This document shows positions 60,618 to 64,000 of a stretch of 64,000 bases of DNA, in pieces (the first letter of the stretch is position 1; each line of letters starts with the position of its first letter). The translations under genes were made by a program, and so were the position numbers. The notes beneath the pieces were generated by a model. The model saw only the letters and a program-made list of their open reading frames with translations, was not told the DNA's origin and did no database searches. The DNA lies in the NCBI RefSeq assembly GCF_001194135.2, contig NC_068990.1, positions 16,978,324 to 17,042,323 on the forward strand. The letters are read 5' to 3'. The DNA comes from Octopus bimaculoides (lineage: Eukaryota).

Positions 60618-61366
60618 GAACTTCAGTGAGAAGTACCTTGCAGTATTTCTTTTATCTTCTAAGTTCCAATTCTGCCAAGATCAAATTTGCTTTTCTTCAA
60701 TCCAGGGTCAATAAAATAAGTTACTGAAACCTATGGGGCATAGGTCTTTAATGACTTTTCTCCAATGTTCTCAACTCTGTTCTGTTATTTCTGCATCACT
60801 TCAGTTGGATCCTGGCTTTCTTGGGTCTTGCAGTTTCCTTTCAGATTTTCCTACTCTATATCTTGTTTCCATGATGGAAGGACTTCCTCTCCTAGGTCTT
60901 GCTCATTTTGAATTGTCATCATTGCTTCTGTAACTTTGCTTTCTTCTAAATAGGAATTTTGACCCTAGCCAAACCCATTTTTACCTCTATGAAGTGATAA
61001 TCCATATTAACCCGACCCTTATCCTTTGATCTGTCCAGCATGGATGGCCCTACCTGGAGCTTGTGTTTCACTGACATTGCTCTCAAGTTCAATGTGACGC
61101 ACAAGGCACCACACAGCAACAAGAACCAGATCTGGCGGTGGTTTGAGATCAGTGGCATCAGCTAACCCCCTCCCCTCAAACTTGTGGACCTTGTTCTAAG
61201 AGAAATTATTATTATTACAAAGATAGCAAGCTGATGGAGAAAGCCAGTATTTGTTTTAGCTTTTTACATTCTGAGTTCAAATCTTGTTGAGGTCAACTTC
61301 GCCTTTCATCTCCTTAGGATTGATAAACTAAAATACCAGCCAAATACCAGATTTGATGATTTAAAT

Positions 61367-61618
61367 CAGTGGTTCTTAACCAGGGTCCATGTGACCCTCA
61401 GCAGTCCATATAAGATTTTTGTTGTGCTATAAATCAGTTATACTTCTACAAGACACAAAATATCAATTTTTTTTTTTATACAATTCCTAATAATAGTCAA
61501 TTACAAAAGTATAATGGGATTTTTAAAACATTGAACAGCTATGGGGGGGGGTCCACCTGAGTAAAAAAACAAACAGGAATAAAAGGGGTCCACAGGTAAA
61601 AATGGTTAAGAATCACTA
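61367..61618. mobile_element. hAT-type MITE
   Basis: TIR CAGTGGTTCTTAACC / GGTTAAGAATCACTA; TSD ATTTAAAT/ATTTAGAT (7/8). Confidence 0.88.
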
Positions 61619-61653
61619 ATTTAGATTAACCCCNNNNNNNNNNNNNNNNNNNN

Positions 61654-61669
61654 GACGCTCTTCCGATCT
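61654..61669 (+). other. Illumina adapter remnant (assembly artefact)
   Basis: GACGCTCTTCCGATCT equals the 3' end of the TruSeq read-1 primer, immediately after an N-run. Confidence 0.93.
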
Positions 61670-62466
61670 TATCATTCCTTTGTTGAAAAAAGAAACTTAG
61701 ATGTTATTGGGATGTTTCATTTGAAGAAAGGGGAGATAATTTCAAGCTATTAAGAAGACATTCCAGACAAAATTTAATTTCCATGCTTGAGGCCACAAAC
61801 ATAAATAAATAAAAATGTGTGTAATTATAAGTCTAATTATAAATATGTCTGTTATATGTAGAGAAGTTGACTGTGTGTTATAAATAATACTTTATATCAA
61901 CAGTATCTTAATTGCTAGGAGAAGAGATAAATCATAATATAAGTAACAAATTGAAATGAAGGAAAAGAAGAAACATGAAACAGATTCCTATTTCTCTCTA
62001 GATCTTAAAGTACAGACTGATCCATTACTTTCTATATATATATGTTAGTACTAAGAGAGAAAGGAAGAGAGGGAAATTACTAGAAAATGCAGTTAAATCT
62101 CTCTAAAGTTACTTCCCAATGTCTTAGAAGGAGAAGGCCACTTTGAAAATGAGAAAAAAGAAACAAAAAAGAATGGGATGATCACAAGGTGCATGTATCT
62201 ATTCAATAAGAGTTGACCCGTGGTTAAACAACATCACACACAACTAATAATGAGGGAGCTTATGAAGAAGCATCAGTGTGGTTGCTTAACATACTAAAAA
62301 TAGCAGCCAGAACTCCCTGAAATCACACCCCACTTCTGTTTTAAAAGGGGCAAAGTAAAGGGGAAAAGTAAAGGGCAAATTGAATAATGTAGTTTCATAT
62401 ATGGCGAGGCTAGTTTATGTGCACGCACACACATCTATCTATTTATCTATCTATCTATCTATCTAT

Positions 62467-62511
<45 letters not shown>

Positions 62512-62709
62512 CATACACACCACCCATTCTCATATATATTCACAAACCACTGAAACCATATTGACCCAAACAAAGAAGCCTTGTCACTTTGTTAGAGACT
62601 GGTTTGGATTCTAGGGAGGAGAGGGGGGGAAAAGGAAAGAAAGGTAGGAAGGAAGGAAGACATACATGCATGTACATACACACATTATGCACGCATGTAC
62701 ATACATATG

Positions 62710-63400
62710 TAGCAGTGATTCGAAACCGAACTGCTAAATGACTGATCAGACATCACGAGCAAACCACAACAATTCACGCGATCAGTTTACTAAGCAATTA
62801 ATCAGCGTCAGGCTACCACGTGATTGAATCTTCTCCTTGTGCCTCATAAAAAGCCGCTTTTGGCGCCCAAACTCTTTGCAGAGTGATGAAAGCAGCCCAC
62901 TCATTCACACGTCTCACGTCTTGCCATCGCAGAATGTTGAGGCAGCTGCACGTTGTCTCCATTCTCACCACTGCCAGACAGTTAAGACAGATGGCAGACT
63001 GTCGACAGCAATCTCCGTCACCATGAATACAGCACAATTGTTTCCAGCTGATAGGCATGTCACAGCTTGCTGTATCAGTAAGCTTGTCATAAACACCAAT
63101 CAGTGGGTCTCAGTATGTAATTATTGCTGTATCATTTGTAAAAGACAACACAGTTAAATTCTACGTCCAATAATAAAATCTACTGTTAATTGTTTGCAGT
63201 TGTTGCCTGTTACTTCTTCACGCAGTTCATGAAACACATATTCATTCACCAACTCAGCAAGTCATCACCTCAGACCAGCCAACAAAAACAATCACTCGCG
63301 ACACATTACATACATGGTGATATTAGTGTGTCCCGAAGGCGTTACATATTCAGAACTCCGTAAATCCAGTAGAATCCATTCCTCTTCAAGTTATAGTCAT
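62710..63400. promoter_or_regulatory. CpG-rich unique segment, candidate promoter or first exon
   Basis: Abrupt CpG gain after about 10 kb of CpG-poor DNA; CCACGTGAT at 62815-62823; several splice-like signals on both strands. Confidence 0.4.
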
Positions 63401-63617
63401 GACAGGAGTTGGACTAAGTATTACAAAATTACGAAACACTCACTAAATCTGATGATGCAACTACCATATACAACCGTCCACTGGGCTTCATACCACGACT
63501 CCTATTTACAGTTAAAAGGTGACAATCTTTCAGTGCTTAATGTCTTCGCCATAAACAAAATGTAGAGCTGATAGAAAAGAATTTAACAGTTCTGTTGATA
63601 GTTTAATTACACTAAAC

Positions 63618-63790
63618 CAGTGTCCGTCAAACCTTTTAATATCCGAGTCAGATCCCAAATCAGGATTTTTTAGAGGGCTGCACCAGAAAAAGTAAAACGT
63701 GAGTCAATTAACGAAAAATTTATAATACTTGTAGAAGAAAGACCATCGAGTGTCGCAGGAGGCCCTGGGAGCCACCGTTGAGAACCACTG
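63618..63790. mobile_element. hAT-type MITE
   Basis: CAGTGTCCGTCAAAC...GTTGAGAACCACTG; TSD CACTAAAC/CACTAAAT (7/8). Confidence 0.85.
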
Positions 63791-63811
63791 CACTAAATAC
63801 TTTTTTGGTAC

Positions 63812-63968
63812 ATAGGAATGGCTGTGTGGTAAGTAGCTTGCTTACCAACCACATTGTTCCGGGTTCAGTCCCACTGCGTGGCACCTTGGGCAAGTGTCTT
63901 CTACTATAGCCTCGGGCTGACCAAAGCCTTGTGAGTGGATTTGGTATATGGAAACTGAAAGAAGCCTG

Positions 63969-63970
<2 letters not shown>
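63812..63970 (+). mobile_element. Family C SINE head
   Basis: TGGCTGTGTGGTAAG, GGGTTCAGTCCC, ends in (TA)n at the window edge. Confidence 0.9.

Positions 63971-64000
<30 letters not shown>

Noticed and set aside
18-63565. Most track ORFs rich in YI, CV, HT, ER, LS, K, S or X
   Set aside because: Translations of (TA)n, (TG)n, (CA)n, (GA)n, (GAA)n tracts or N-gaps.
3336-63970. tRNA genes
   Set aside because: All A/B-box sequences are SINE heads continuing into shared repeat bodies; no acceptor stem or poly-T terminator seen.

Overview
AT-rich eukaryotic genomic DNA from a gapped draft assembly (14 N-runs). The repeat families and dense (TA)n/(CA)n/(GAT)n/(AAT)n microsatellites look like an octopus genome; this is my recognition, not a database result. 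I could not identify any complete protein-coding gene, rRNA, tRNA gene or CRISPR array. Nearly all listed ORFs are microsatellite read-through, N-gap artefacts or antisense frames of repeats. Well supported: several tRNA-headed SINE families (my labels A-E) in dozens of copies; decayed CR1-clade and RTE-clade LINE 3' ends; an (AAT)n-flanked element resembling R4/Dong; hAT MITEs with 8-bp TSDs; a MITE with central TTAGGG repeats and a perfect 8-bp TSD; a hAT > piggyBac + Helitron nest; two Helitrons and two Helentron-like elements; an Illumina adapter remnant. By eye the window splits into CpG-poor flanks (about 1-11.4 kb and 52-62.6 kb) and a CpG-retaining core, suggesting methylated gene bodies at the edges. 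Most interesting leads: a Helitron carrying a complete E-box/CCAAT/TATA promoter cassette, modular head/tail swapping among SINEs, the telomere-repeat MITE, and degenerate hammerhead-like motifs. All exon and promoter calls are low-confidence candidates. Motif, TIR and TSD positions were read directly; SINE boundaries are approximate (about +/-15 bp).
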